From Corynebacterium glutamicum ATCC 13032 (lineage in GTDB: Bacteria > Actinomycetota > Actinomycetes > Mycobacteriales > Mycobacteriaceae), in assembly GCF_000011325.1 (NCBI RefSeq), contig NC_003450.3, positions 2,610,001 to 2,642,000 of the forward strand: a stretch of 32,000 nt of DNA. The letters are read 5' to 3'. Positions 1 through 8,072 of this stretch are shown here, in pieces (position 1 is the first letter of the stretch; each line of letters opens with the position of its first letter). Both the position numbers and the translations under genes were made by a program. The notes beneath the pieces were generated by a model that was not told where the DNA came from, did no database searches, and saw nothing but the letters and a program-made list of their open reading frames with translations.

Positions 1-640
1 GGTAGCCATCCTTCAGCACCGCGATGCGGTCACCCATGGTCAAGGCCTCCGTCTGGTCGTGGGTGACGTAAACGGTGGTAACCCCAAGCTTGCGCTGCAG
101 GGCTGCAATCTGGGTACGGGTCTGAACACGCAGCTTGGCATCGAGGTTAGACAGCGGCTCATCCATGAGAAAGACCTGCGGGTTGCGAACAATGGCGCGG
201 CCCATGGCCACACGCTGACGCTGACCACCGGACAGGGCCTTCGGCTTGCGCTCCAAGAATTCGGTCAGGCCCAAAGTGGCGGCGGCTTCGTCGACGCGCT
301 TATTGATCTCGTCTTGGGACTTGCCGGCGATCTTCAGTGCGAAGCCCATGTTCTCGCCCACGGTCATGTGGGGGTAGAGAGCATAGTTCTGGAAAACCAT
401 GGCGATGTCACGGTCACGCGGTGCAACGTGGGTAACGTCCTTGTCTCCGATGAAAATGGCACCGTCAGTAACGTTTTCCAAACCGGCCAGCATGCGCAGC
501 GTGGTGGATTTACCACAGCCGGAAGGGCCGACGAGGACGAGGAACTCGCCATCGGCGATTTCCAGGTTGAATTTCTTGACGGTGGGTTCCTTTGCTCCCG
601 GGTAGCTTAGGGAAGCATCTTTGAACGTTACGGTTGCCAT
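1..640 (-). CDS. msiK: ABC sugar-transporter ATP-binding protein (MsiK/MalK/UgpC type); 3' end cut by window edge
   Basis: Absent from the ORF track because it runs off the window. My reverse-strand translation from ATG 640-638 reads [55 protein letters not shown]... It has Walker [10 protein letters not shown], signature [14 protein letters not shown], Walker [13 protein letters not shown] and H-loop VTHDQ. A GGAGGAG RBS lies about 8 nt upstream. The 183-aa + ORF 59..610 is its antisense shadow. Confidence 0.9.
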   Translation of the reverse strand, partial: MATVTFKDASLSYPGAKEPTVKKFNLEIADGEFLVLVGPSGCGKSTTLRMLAGLENVTDGAIFIGDKDVTHVAPRDRDIAMVFQNYALYPHMTVGENMGFALKIAGKSQDEINKRVDEAAATLGLTEFLERKPKALSGGQRQRVAMGRAIVRNPQVFLMDEPLSNLDAKLRVQTRTQIAALQRKLGVTTVYVTHDQTEALTMGDRIAVLKDGY

Positions 641-766
641 TGCAGAATCTCCTCCATCGGCAGGTACGTGCCGAACGATCCGTAGTGTGAGAAACAGTGA
701 AGTGAGTCACTGTGCGCCATCTAGAGTGCTGCCTATGACATTAGCACTAGTTTGGACCCTATGACA

Positions 767-799
767 AAGCCCGGAAGCCATGCCGTGGCTTCCGGGCTT
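767..799 (-). terminator. GC-rich hairpin downstream of the GT2 gene (putative terminator, weak U-tract)
   Basis: AAGCCCGGAAGCCA tgcc GTGGCTTCCGGGCTT forms a perfect 14-15 bp inverted repeat. It lies between the GT2 stop (846) and the msiK start (640). Confidence 0.5.
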
Positions 800-845
800 A
801 GTTCTTCTAATTCATGGGCGTGGATGAGACGCCGCGGGCATCGAG

Positions 846-1598
846 TTACTTCTTGAAGGTGCCTTTAGCTAGGTTAGAGACTTCGGAAACGAAGTCCGGT
901 ACAGCGTTCTTGGCCGTGGTGGCCTTAGGGCCAAGCTCCATGTCCTTGACCGTGCGGGAGGCGATCTTGGATACTTCCGATGTGAAATCGCTGATCTGCT
1001 CGGAGCGGTGAGCCACTCCCCACTTGGTTACTTCGAGCAGGGAATCCTTGACAAAGGAGCCGTCCAGCTTGGATTCACCAAGCTCGCGCTCGGTGAAGGT
1101 GATCGGAACCTCGCGGACATCGAAGCCATCCTTGATGGCGCGGAAGGCAACGTCCACCTGGAAGATGTATCCGGCGTTGGAAAGCTCCTCAAAGTCGAGG
1201 TGCTCAAGCAGCTCACGCCGGAAAGCACGGTAGCCGGCAGTCATGTCATTGATGCCGGCACCCAGGGCAACAGAAATGTACTTGTTGCCCAAGCGGGACA
1301 GCAGTTCGCGGTTGGCAGGCCAGTTCACTGTCTCTCCACCCGGTACGTAGCGGGAGCCAATGACCAGATCTGCGCCCTTTTCAATTTCCTCAAGCAAGAG
1401 GTGGAGCTGTTCTGGTGCGTGGGAGCCGTCGGCATCCATTTCGCACAGAACATGGTAATCCTTCTCTAGGCCCCACTCGAAGCCGGCGATATAAGCGCCA
1501 AGAAGGCCACCCTTGCCTTCGCGGTGCAGCACGTGCAGGTGAGAATCCTCAGCAGCGAGCTTGTCTGCAGCCTCTCCGGTGCCATCCGGGGCGTGAAC
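846..1598 (-). pseudogene. GT2 glycosyltransferase (polyprenol/dolichol-phosphate mannosyltransferase-like), 5'-truncated
   Basis: ORF 846..1532 contains EMDADGSH, GSRYVPGG and the typical Ppm/DPM1-like core. Similarity continues upstream of the GTG as VHAPDGTGEAADKLAAEDSHLHVLHREGKGG and stops at an in-frame TAG at about 1601-1599. The N-terminal 40-60 aa (the (I/V)PTYNE and DDxS part of the GT-A fold) are absent. Confidence 0.75.
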
Positions 1599-2276
1599 CT
1601 AGATATTGCAGCACCGAAGCCCAAGAAGTCAGGCCGCCGCACACTCACAAAACCCGAATGGGATGCCGTCATTAAGCATCTGTTAACGCGGGATACCGAG
1701 CCACTGTTAACCCCCACCAAGCACAAGAACATCCGACAAAGCACCAAGAACATCCATGCCCGCATTGTGCGGCTCACTCTCCTCCAAGCCGTTTCAGGGC
1801 TGAGAATTGCCGAAGCCAATCAATTGCAGTGGAAGCACATCATCGACGGTGACGATGGCATGCTCATTAATGCCAGCGCCGATATTGTCAAGGGGCGAAA
1901 AGGCAAGGAAAGAGGGCGGTATATCCCTATCCTGAGGGCCGACGTAGCGGAATACCTGCGTACACACCGCGAGGACGACGAGCATTTCATCGTAGGCTCA
2001 CCGACGACGACCGCGAGGCCCTGGGACGCGACGAACGCAGATGACAAGGTGCCCGAGCTATACCGGCAAATTGCAGAAGCTACAGGCGTGAAGACTCTTC
2101 AAGACCTCCGAAGCCACTCCTGGCGTGCGACGCTGCACGGTGTGTACGCGGACGTGATGGACCCAGCTACACGCGCCGCCATTTTCGGCCACACCGAGCA
2201 GGTAGCTGAGGAGTACTACAACGACCGCCAAAATATTGAATCACTCATGAGACAAGTCAAGCGCGCCTACGCGTAA
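1599..2276 (+). pseudogene. Tyrosine recombinase (phage-type integrase), C-terminal catalytic domain only
   Basis: The translation carries catalytic-domain landmarks: SGLRIAEANQLQWKHI (Arg), RSHSWRATLHG (His-x-x-Arg), FGHTEQVAEEYY (His and Tyr). There is no N-terminal SAM/arm-binding domain and no credible start. The ORF-track start at 1524 lies inside the opposite-strand GT2 gene. Confidence 0.75.
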
Positions 2277-2404
2277 CTACGCTTAAGACTACGCGTAAGG
2301 CTCGGGATTTTGCGGGAATCACACGGAACACCAAGGAACATAAAACGCCCACACACTGCATGTTCCCTACCATTCCCGCATGTGCCCTAAGTTCATACCG
2401 AGAC

Positions 2405-2441
2405 CCTGGGTGTCGCGGGTTCGAGCCCCGTCAGCCACCCC
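2405..2441 (+). pseudogene. 3' fragment of a tRNA-His gene (att-site-like remnant)
   Basis: CCTGG GTGTC GCGGG TTCGAGC CCCGT CAGCCAC C reads as anticodon-stem 3' strand, variable loop, T-arm and acceptor 3' strand with discriminator C. It closely resembles the 3' end of bacterial tRNA-His (...GGGTTCGA.CCC..AGCCACCC). No matching 5' acceptor strand GTGGCTG occurs upstream. Confidence 0.6.
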
Positions 2442-2450
2442 TAATAACTA

Positions 2451-2498
2451 GCAGGTCAGGACATGTTTTTAATTAAACGTCCTGGCCTGCTTTGTTGT
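2451..2498 (+). terminator. Hairpin plus T-rich tail after the tRNA-His fragment
   Basis: GCAGGTCAGGAC (2451-2462) pairs with GTCCTGGCCTGC (2479-2490), with one G.U-type mismatch, followed by TTTGTTGT. Confidence 0.5.
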
Positions 2499-2627
2499 CT
2501 GTGGCCGGTTTTTGGCCACATTTGGGCCACAACTGCGGTGCGCTCCGCGATAGCCATGAAGTCGCTGATCATCTTGTTCGAAGCGCTCATCATTGGCCTT
2601 TCTGACCTGCCACTGCCAAGAGGTCGT

Positions 2628-2989
2628 TCATTCATCCAGTGGCGTCAAAACAGCGATCTTCCAGTCATCCCCAGTGCGGATGAGTTGGTACATGTTCCGC
2701 TCGTTCGGTGCTCCGCCCTGATGATTCCAAGTGACATCAGCCCAGATACTATGACTGGTTGCTGCGACGACCTCCACGACTGCCCGTGTAACCCTGACTC
2801 CCTCGTACTGGTCAAAAGCACCGGCAAAGAACTCTTCGGTCTGGTTGGCATCGGATACCGCGATAGCCAGTTCAGGAAACTCGATCAGCGCAGGCACCGC
2901 GTAGAAATCAGAGATAGCCTTCGCATCACGATCGAGCAGGGCACGGGTATATCCGTCAAAAACTCTCGGGCAATGTTGTACGCGCTCAT
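2628..2989 (-). pseudogene. NTF2-like / SnoaL-like small protein, apparent frameshift in a homopolymer
   Basis: ATG at 2989 opens MSAYNIAREF and then runs out of frame at the T5 run (A5 on + at 2958-2962). The next frame continues DGYTRALLDRDAKAISDFYAVPALIEFPELAIAVSD...WKIAVLTPLDE to the stop at 2628. The track ORF 2628..2897 (GTG start) is only the distal part. Confidence 0.55.
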
Positions 2990-3073
2990 AAACTCAACGT
3001 TATGCCCGCAACGTCAGGTCAAAAGATTCTTCGCTTATCGACGCCCACCTCCAGCGCCACGCTTGCGGTGCCC

Positions 3074-3637
3074 TCAAGCAGCGCTATTAATATACCCTCG
3101 GCGAAACTCTGCCGGCGGTACCCCATATTTAGCGCGAAACAGTCTTGTTAAATGAGCTTGGCTGGAAATGCCGTGGCGCATGCCGATAGCCAAAATGGTC
3201 AGGTTCTGGAGGCGAGGATCCCGAAGGTCTTCATATACTGCCTCTAATCGGAGGTGTCGGATTAATTCCGCTACTCCGTATGCTTCGCCTTCAAATAATC
3301 GATGCAACGTACGAACCGCGATTCTATGCGCCCCGGCTACAGCTGCGACCGTAAGTTGTGAGGATCCAAGGTTCTCCCGAATATAGCCATAAACTGCCAC
3401 TCTAAGTGCTTCATCTGGAGCATAGGGAGTGGCTTTTTCATAGACAAGGCCAGCAAGTAGATCGATGGCAGCATGGCCGAGAAATTCAGAGGACTCCCTG
3501 CTCGCAACGTTGTCGAAAATCGATGATTCAATCAATTGAGTCAGCACTGACCCTACATCGGGAATTGGAAAATACTTCCGGAAGGCATTGTTCAGAGTTC
3601 GGCTCGGCAGGGACACTTCTTCGCGGGATACAGTCAT
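3074..3637 (-). CDS. AraC/XylS-family transcriptional regulator, short (187 aa), possibly 5'-truncated
   Basis: The C-terminal double-HTH region reads LTVAAVAGAHRIAVRTLHRLFEGEAYGVAELIRHLRLEAVYEDL...LTILAIGMRHGISSQAHLTRLFRAKYGVPPAEFRR. Only about 85 aa precede it, where family members usually carry a larger sensor domain. Confidence 0.75.
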   Translation of the reverse strand: MTVSREEVSLPSRTLNNAFRKYFPIPDVGSVLTQLIESSIFDNVASRESSEFLGHAAIDLLAGLVYEKATPYAPDEALRVAVYGYIRENLGSSQLTVAAVAGAHRIAVRTLHRLFEGEAYGVAELIRHLRLEAVYEDLRDPRLQNLTILAIGMRHGISSQAHLTRLFRAKYGVPPAEFRRGYINSAA

Positions 3638-3829
3638 GACAGTGCAATCTCACTGTCCATAGAAATGTAACTCATATGGAATCGCAGTATCATAAATTGC
3701 AATCTCCCCGGGTTGCAGTCGCAAATCTGGCTCTCCATCCCGGGTGAGCACCATGGTCTCGGATTTCAGTGCACATACTTTAACAGAGTGCGTTTCAATG
3801 CCTGTAGTGTTCCGGCAATTTTGAATGTC

Positions 3830-4504
3830 GTTACGTTACCCAAGGCTGAATTCCTGAGCTCACCTTGTACAAGATCAGTGGAAGCCCAGTTCACCTCTCC
3901 CCTGCTCAACAATGGGCAAACCTGTTTCCTTGGTACCCGAATCCTTGCTCCAAAATCACGTTACGCGGAAGTAGTCGATGCATTCACCGCTTTCGCTGGC
4001 AGCCTGCAGGTTGGAGTCACGTCCTCCCCTGACACTCAGATCGGACCGATGGCGACTGCCCGGCAGCGTGAGCGCGTGGAATCCTACATTTCCCAAGGCA
4101 AAAATGCTGGAGCCCGCATCACTGTCGGTGGCAGCCGTCCACGAGATCTTGACGCCGGATTCTTCGTTGAGCCAACAGTGTTCGCCGATGTAGACAATCG
4201 CGCAGCCATTGCCCAAGATGAAATCTTCGGACCGGTGCCCTCTGTTGTTTCCTACCAAGACGATGAACACGCCATCCAACTAGCCAACGATTCCGAATTC
4301 GGTCTCGGCGGAACTGTCTGGACGAGCGATCCCGAGCGCGGCGCTGCATTGGCCCGCCGAGTTCACACAGGAACCATTGGCATCAACCGCTATATCCCTG
4401 ATCCCGCCGCACCATTTGGAGGTGTGAAAAACAGTGGCCTTGGCAGAGAACTCGGCCCCGAAGGTCTTGCTTCCTACCAAGAAACCCAAACCATTTATCT
4501 CTAA
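3830..4504 (+). pseudogene. Aldehyde dehydrogenase, C-terminal half only
   Basis: The fragment holds the catalytic Cys region NNGQTCFLGTR, then EIFGPV, SEFGLGGTVWT and PFGGVKNSGLGRELG, which are typical ALDH C-terminal motifs. About 280 N-terminal residues (NAD-binding domain) are missing. The stretch 3713-3890 of the track ORF shows no convincing ALDH similarity. Confidence 0.8.
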
Positions 4505-4535
4505 TCCAAACTGCACCTATATATAAGGAGTAAAA

Positions 4536-5414
4536 ATGCAAACCCTTGCTGCTATTGTTCGTGCCACGAAGCAACCTTTTGAGATCACCACCATTGATCT
4601 GGATGCACCACGACCAGATGAAGTTCAAATCCGTGTTATTGCTGCCGGAGTGCGCCACACTGACGCAATTGTTCGTGATCAGATTTACCCAACTTTTCTT
4701 CCCGCAGTTTTCGGCCACGAAGGCGCCGGAGTAGTTGTCGCCGTGGGTTCTGCAGTCACCTCGGTGAAACCAGATGACAAGGTAGTGCTGGGATTCAACT
4801 CTTGTGGCCAGTGCTTGAAGTGTTTGGGCGGTAAGCCTGCGTACTGTGAGAAATTCTATGACCGCAACTTCGCATGCACCCGCGATGCCGGGCACACTAC
4901 TTTGTTTACCCGTGCAACAAAAGAGCAGGCAGAGGCCATCATCGACACCCTTGATGATGTTTTCTACGATGCGGATGCGGGTTTCCTGGCATACCCAGCA
5001 ACTCCCCCAGAGGCTTCGGGAGTAAGCGTGTTGGTTGTCGCGGCTGGTACCTCTGATCTCCCCCAAGCAAAGGAAGCACTACACACTGCCTCCTACTTGG
5101 GGCGCTCCACCTCACTGATTGTTGATTTTGGAGTGGCTGGCATCCACCGCCTGCTTTCATACGAAGAAGAACTCCGCGCTGCGGGCGTGCTCATCGTTGC
5201 CGCTGGAATGGATGGTGCGCTACCCGGAGTTGTCGCAGGCTTAGTGTCCGCACCTGTCGTCGCACTGCCAACCTCCGTGGGATACGGCGCAGGTGCTGGA
5301 GGAATCGCACCACTTCTGACCATGCTTAACGCCTGCGCGCCGGGAGTTGGAGTGGTCAACATTGATAACGGCTATGGAGCAGGACACCTGGCTGCGCAGA
5401 TTGCGGCGAGGTAA
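4536..5414 (+). CDS. Chimeric ORF: Zn-alcohol-dehydrogenase N-terminal (GroES-like) domain fused in frame to the C-terminal PurE-like part of LarB
   Basis: aa 1-124 are MDR/ADH-like (GHEGAGVV and the structural-Zn cluster CGQCLKCLGGKPAYC). From about aa 125 (nt ~4908) the sequence becomes LarB-like: TRATKEQAEAI...VLVVAAGTSDLPQAKEA...VGVAGIHRLL...IVAAGMDGALPGVVAGLV..PVVALPTSVGYGAG...LLTMLNAC.PGV.VVNIDNGYGAG. AAGGAG RBS lies 7 nt before the ATG. Confidence 0.75.
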   Translation: MQTLAAIVRATKQPFEITTIDLDAPRPDEVQIRVIAAGVRHTDAIVRDQIYPTFLPAVFGHEGAGVVVAVGSAVTSVKPDDKVVLGFNSCGQCLKCLGGKPAYCEKFYDRNFACTRDAGHTTLFTRATKEQAEAIIDTLDDVFYDADAGFLAYPATPPEASGVSVLVVAAGTSDLPQAKEALHTASYLGRSTSLIVDFGVAGIHRLLSYEEELRAAGVLIVAAGMDGALPGVVAGLVSAPVVALPTSVGYGAGAGGIAPLLTMLNACAPGVGVVNIDNGYGAGHLAAQIAAR

Positions 5415-5454
5415 GGGTTTCGCAGGAGACGAACTCAGCGCATCATGGAATTTG

Positions 5455-5861
5455 TCATTGACAACATGCTCCGATCAAGGTGACACGCACAGGGCCCGTC
5501 GACTGTTGGAACCCGAACCTCAAACCGAGAGTGGAGACCGGAAGGCGTTTACTGCATCGCATCCACCACAAGTTGCCCGAAGCTTCCTTAACTCCACTGC
5601 GGAGGTCGTCGTCCTCATTCTTGCGGACAGGCTCTTGGAGAACGGACGCTCCTGCCTTAATAGCCCGTGTGGAAGCGGATCGGGCGTCCTGAACATACGG
5701 TGTATATGTGCAGCAGTCGATACTGCAGCGGTAGCGCCACCACCACTCATAACAACACTGTCATCGATGCTGAACTCGGCATGCATCAACGTTCCGTAAG
5801 GACGGTCGATTCGTCGCAATAGAATCCCATCGAAGGCTATACCACCAAAAGCACAGGTCCC
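5455..5861 (-). pseudogene. VOC/glyoxalase-family (PhnB-like) protein, frameshifted and N-terminally incomplete
   Basis: The track ORF 5520..5819 reads ...GTLMHAEFSIDDSVVMSGGGATAAVSTAAHI. Similarity then continues in another frame from about 5705 as YTPYVQDARSASTRAIKAGASVLQEPVRKNEDDDLRSGVKEASGNLWW. An upstream in-frame TGA at 5862-5864 removes about 25 N-terminal residues. Confidence 0.55.
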
Positions 5862-5936
5862 TCAGCCTTGATTGTGGAGAAATCGTCTGCCCAGTCCAGC
5901 GTAACCACAAATTAGAAGCAGTCGACCTTTTGGTTG

Positions 5937-7121
5937 TTACTCGGTGGTGCCTTGCGGAATTCTTGCCACAACTTCCCGCTCTGAAATTCCCAAGGCCACC
6001 GCTGCAGACCGAATATCTTCAAACTCGGACTGTGCACTGATTACTTGATCATCACGGGAACCGATTTTGATGTTGATGGTGTGTCCGTCCACCTCGACTT
6101 GTTCGAAACGACGGTCCAAGCCTTCTCGTTCGACTTCCCATGATCTGATCCCAAAAGTCGTGGTGGCTGCAAATAATGCGGTTTTCACTGCTTCCACCTC
6201 GGAGCTATCCACCAATGCTGACACCCTATGTGCAGGACGGCCCTTCTTCATCAAAATTGGAGTCAGCCATGCATCTACTGCGCCAGCGGCAAAGAGGATC
6301 TCTATTACTCCTGGCCACAGCCGTGGGTCTTGATCATCAACATTGGCTTCTAATTGCACCAGTGTGCGGGTATCTGGGTTACTCCTAGAGGTGTTGAACA
6401 AAATTGCGCGCACTATATTTGGACGGCCTTCTGTATCTTTTGTTCCTGCACCAATGCCAACTTCATTGATGATGCCACCTGGGAAAGGGCCATCTTGGGT
6501 GGCAAAGTGACGGATCAACGCAACACCAGTTGGGGTGGCTAATTCACCAACAGGTTCGGTGCTCTCCATAAGAGCTCCGGTTTGGGTGGGCCAGCCTTTC
6601 ACCAGCTCTGCCACGGCTGGAACTGGCACTGGAATATCTCCGTGAGCTGCCTTGATGCGTCCGAATCCTAAAGCAATCGGAGATGCAGCAATCAAACCTG
6701 GGTTAAGCTGCCTGATCGCTTCGCACACACCCACAATGTCTGCGATGGAATCCCAAGCTCCTACCTCATGGAAGTGGATTTTCTCCGGCTCGATGCCGTG
6801 GACTTTTCCTTCAGCGATAGCGATGAGTTCAAAAACGCCTAAGGCATCCTGCTTGGTTTGTTCAGGGATGTCAGCATTGACAAGCAGTTCTTTAATGGTG
6901 CTTAAGTGGCGGTGATGATGGTGTTCATGTTGTGCGTCCACATGCAGCTTGATGCCTCGTTGGCCTTGGCGCACTACCTCTTCGGTGCGCAAGAGCACGT
7001 CACCGGGGATGACTGCTTCCACAACCTGTTGGATTTTTTCTAGTTCTGCACCTGCATCAATGAGTGCTCCCAGCAACATATCCCCTGCAACGCCAGCGGT
7101 TGCATCGATCCACAGTCCCAT
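5937..7121 (-). CDS. larC: LarC-type nickel insertion protein (DUF111; nickel-pincer nucleotide cofactor biosynthesis)
   Basis: 394 aa. The N-terminus [25 protein letters not shown] is the DUF111/LarC hallmark. A His-rich stretch QHEHHHHRH lies at nt 6906-6932. The gene is one uninterrupted ORF. Confidence 0.9.
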   Translation of the reverse strand: MGLWIDATAGVAGDMLLGALIDAGAELEKIQQVVEAVIPGDVLLRTEEVVRQGQRGIKLHVDAQHEHHHHRHLSTIKELLVNADIPEQTKQDALGVFELIAIAEGKVHGIEPEKIHFHEVGAWDSIADIVGVCEAIRQLNPGLIAASPIALGFGRIKAAHGDIPVPVPAVAELVKGWPTQTGALMESTEPVGELATPTGVALIRHFATQDGPFPGGIINEVGIGAGTKDTEGRPNIVRAILFNTSRSNPDTRTLVQLEANVDDQDPRLWPGVIEILFAAGAVDAWLTPILMKKGRPAHRVSALVDSSEVEAVKTALFAATTTFGIRSWEVEREGLDRRFEQVEVDGHTINIKIGSRDDQVISAQSEFEDIRSAAVALGISEREVVARIPQGTTE

Positions 7122-7246
7122 TATTCTCGCTTCTTCAAATCAGTTAAAAAATTCGGTTCACAAAAGGTTTATCAGTCCAGCTTAAACCCATCGCAGGGGC
7201 GGAAGAATTAGACTCAAGGCACATCACATTGAAGGAGCTTCTTATC

Positions 7247-7999
7247 TTGTCTCGATTTGCTGCCAACCTGTCATTGACTTTTACTGAGCTAGATTTCCTG
7301 GATCGTTTTGATGCCGCTTCGAAGCATGCTTTCAGTGCCGTGGAGTTTCAGTACCCTTACGATTTCGATGTTCAAGAGATTAAACAGCGTGCTGATTCCG
7401 CAGGTCTGCCCATTGAACTGTTCAATGCCCCACCTGGGGATACTTTTGGTCTTGCGGCACTGGCTTCCCCTGAAGACTTTCAACAATCCATCGAGCAGGC
7501 CATCACGTACGCCACAGTGTTGAAGCCAAAGAAGATGCATGTCATGGCTGGCATCGCGGACGTAACCTCAGAAACCACGGCGCGCTATGTGGAGAATATT
7601 CGCTGGGCTGCGCAGCAACTAGACAAGCTCGACGTTGTCGTTGTTATTGAACCAATTAATCACTATTCGGTTCCCGGTTATTTCCTGCACACTTTAGAGC
7701 AGGCGTATTGGCTTATCGACAGCATTGCCCACCCCAATGTGAAGATCTTATTCGATACTTTCCACCTTCAGCAGATTCATGGCAATCTCACCCGCCGCCT
7801 GCGCGAGGTTCATGGCGCAGGTCTTTTGGGACACGTGCAAGTGGCCTCAGTTCCTGATCGACACGAACCTGGCACTGGCGAAGTCAATGCGGCGTATATC
7901 TTCCAACTCCTAAGCGAACTGGGATATGACGGTGTCATCGCTGGCGAATACCACCCTGCTGGTGAAACTACAGCCGGTTTGGGCTGGTTGGAGCTCTAG
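7247..7999 (+). CDS. hyi: Hydroxypyruvate isomerase-like (xylose-isomerase-like TIM barrel) protein
   Basis: (M)SRFAANLSLTFTELDFLDRFDAASKHAFSAVEFQYPYDF...IEPIN...FDTFHLQ...IAGEY is the Hyi/OtnI family pattern. I prefer TTG 7247 (GAAGGAG 9 nt upstream) over the track start at 7229. Confidence 0.8.
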   Translation: MSRFAANLSLTFTELDFLDRFDAASKHAFSAVEFQYPYDFDVQEIKQRADSAGLPIELFNAPPGDTFGLAALASPEDFQQSIEQAITYATVLKPKKMHVMAGIADVTSETTARYVENIRWAAQQLDKLDVVVVIEPINHYSVPGYFLHTLEQAYWLIDSIAHPNVKILFDTFHLQQIHGNLTRRLREVHGAGLLGHVQVASVPDRHEPGTGEVNAAYIFQLLSELGYDGVIAGEYHPAGETTAGLGWLEL

Positions 8000-8072
8000 A
8001 TCGTAAGTGGTGTCGTACCCATGACGTACCATTAACCACGAACGTTTTAAAGAAGCCACGAAGGAGCCTGAC

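Noticed and set aside
59-610. 183-aa plus-strand ORF at the left edge
   Set aside because: It is the antisense shadow of the msiK-type ABC ATPase. The minus-strand translation carries all canonical Walker, signature and H-loop motifs, and the plus-strand product has none.
2463-3155. 230-aa plus-strand ORF
   Set aside because: It spans the terminator hairpin, runs antisense to the NTF2-like gene and enters the 3' end of the AraC gene. It has no recognisable motifs and a Cys/Pro/Arg-rich composition typical of antisense frames.
4383-5066. 227-aa minus-strand ORF
   Set aside because: It is antisense to the ALDH fragment end and the ADH::LarB ORF, both of which have clear family motifs.
5347-5799. 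150-aa plus-strand ORF
   Set aside because: It overlaps the LarB 3' end and runs antisense to the VOC-like pseudogene. No motif supports it.
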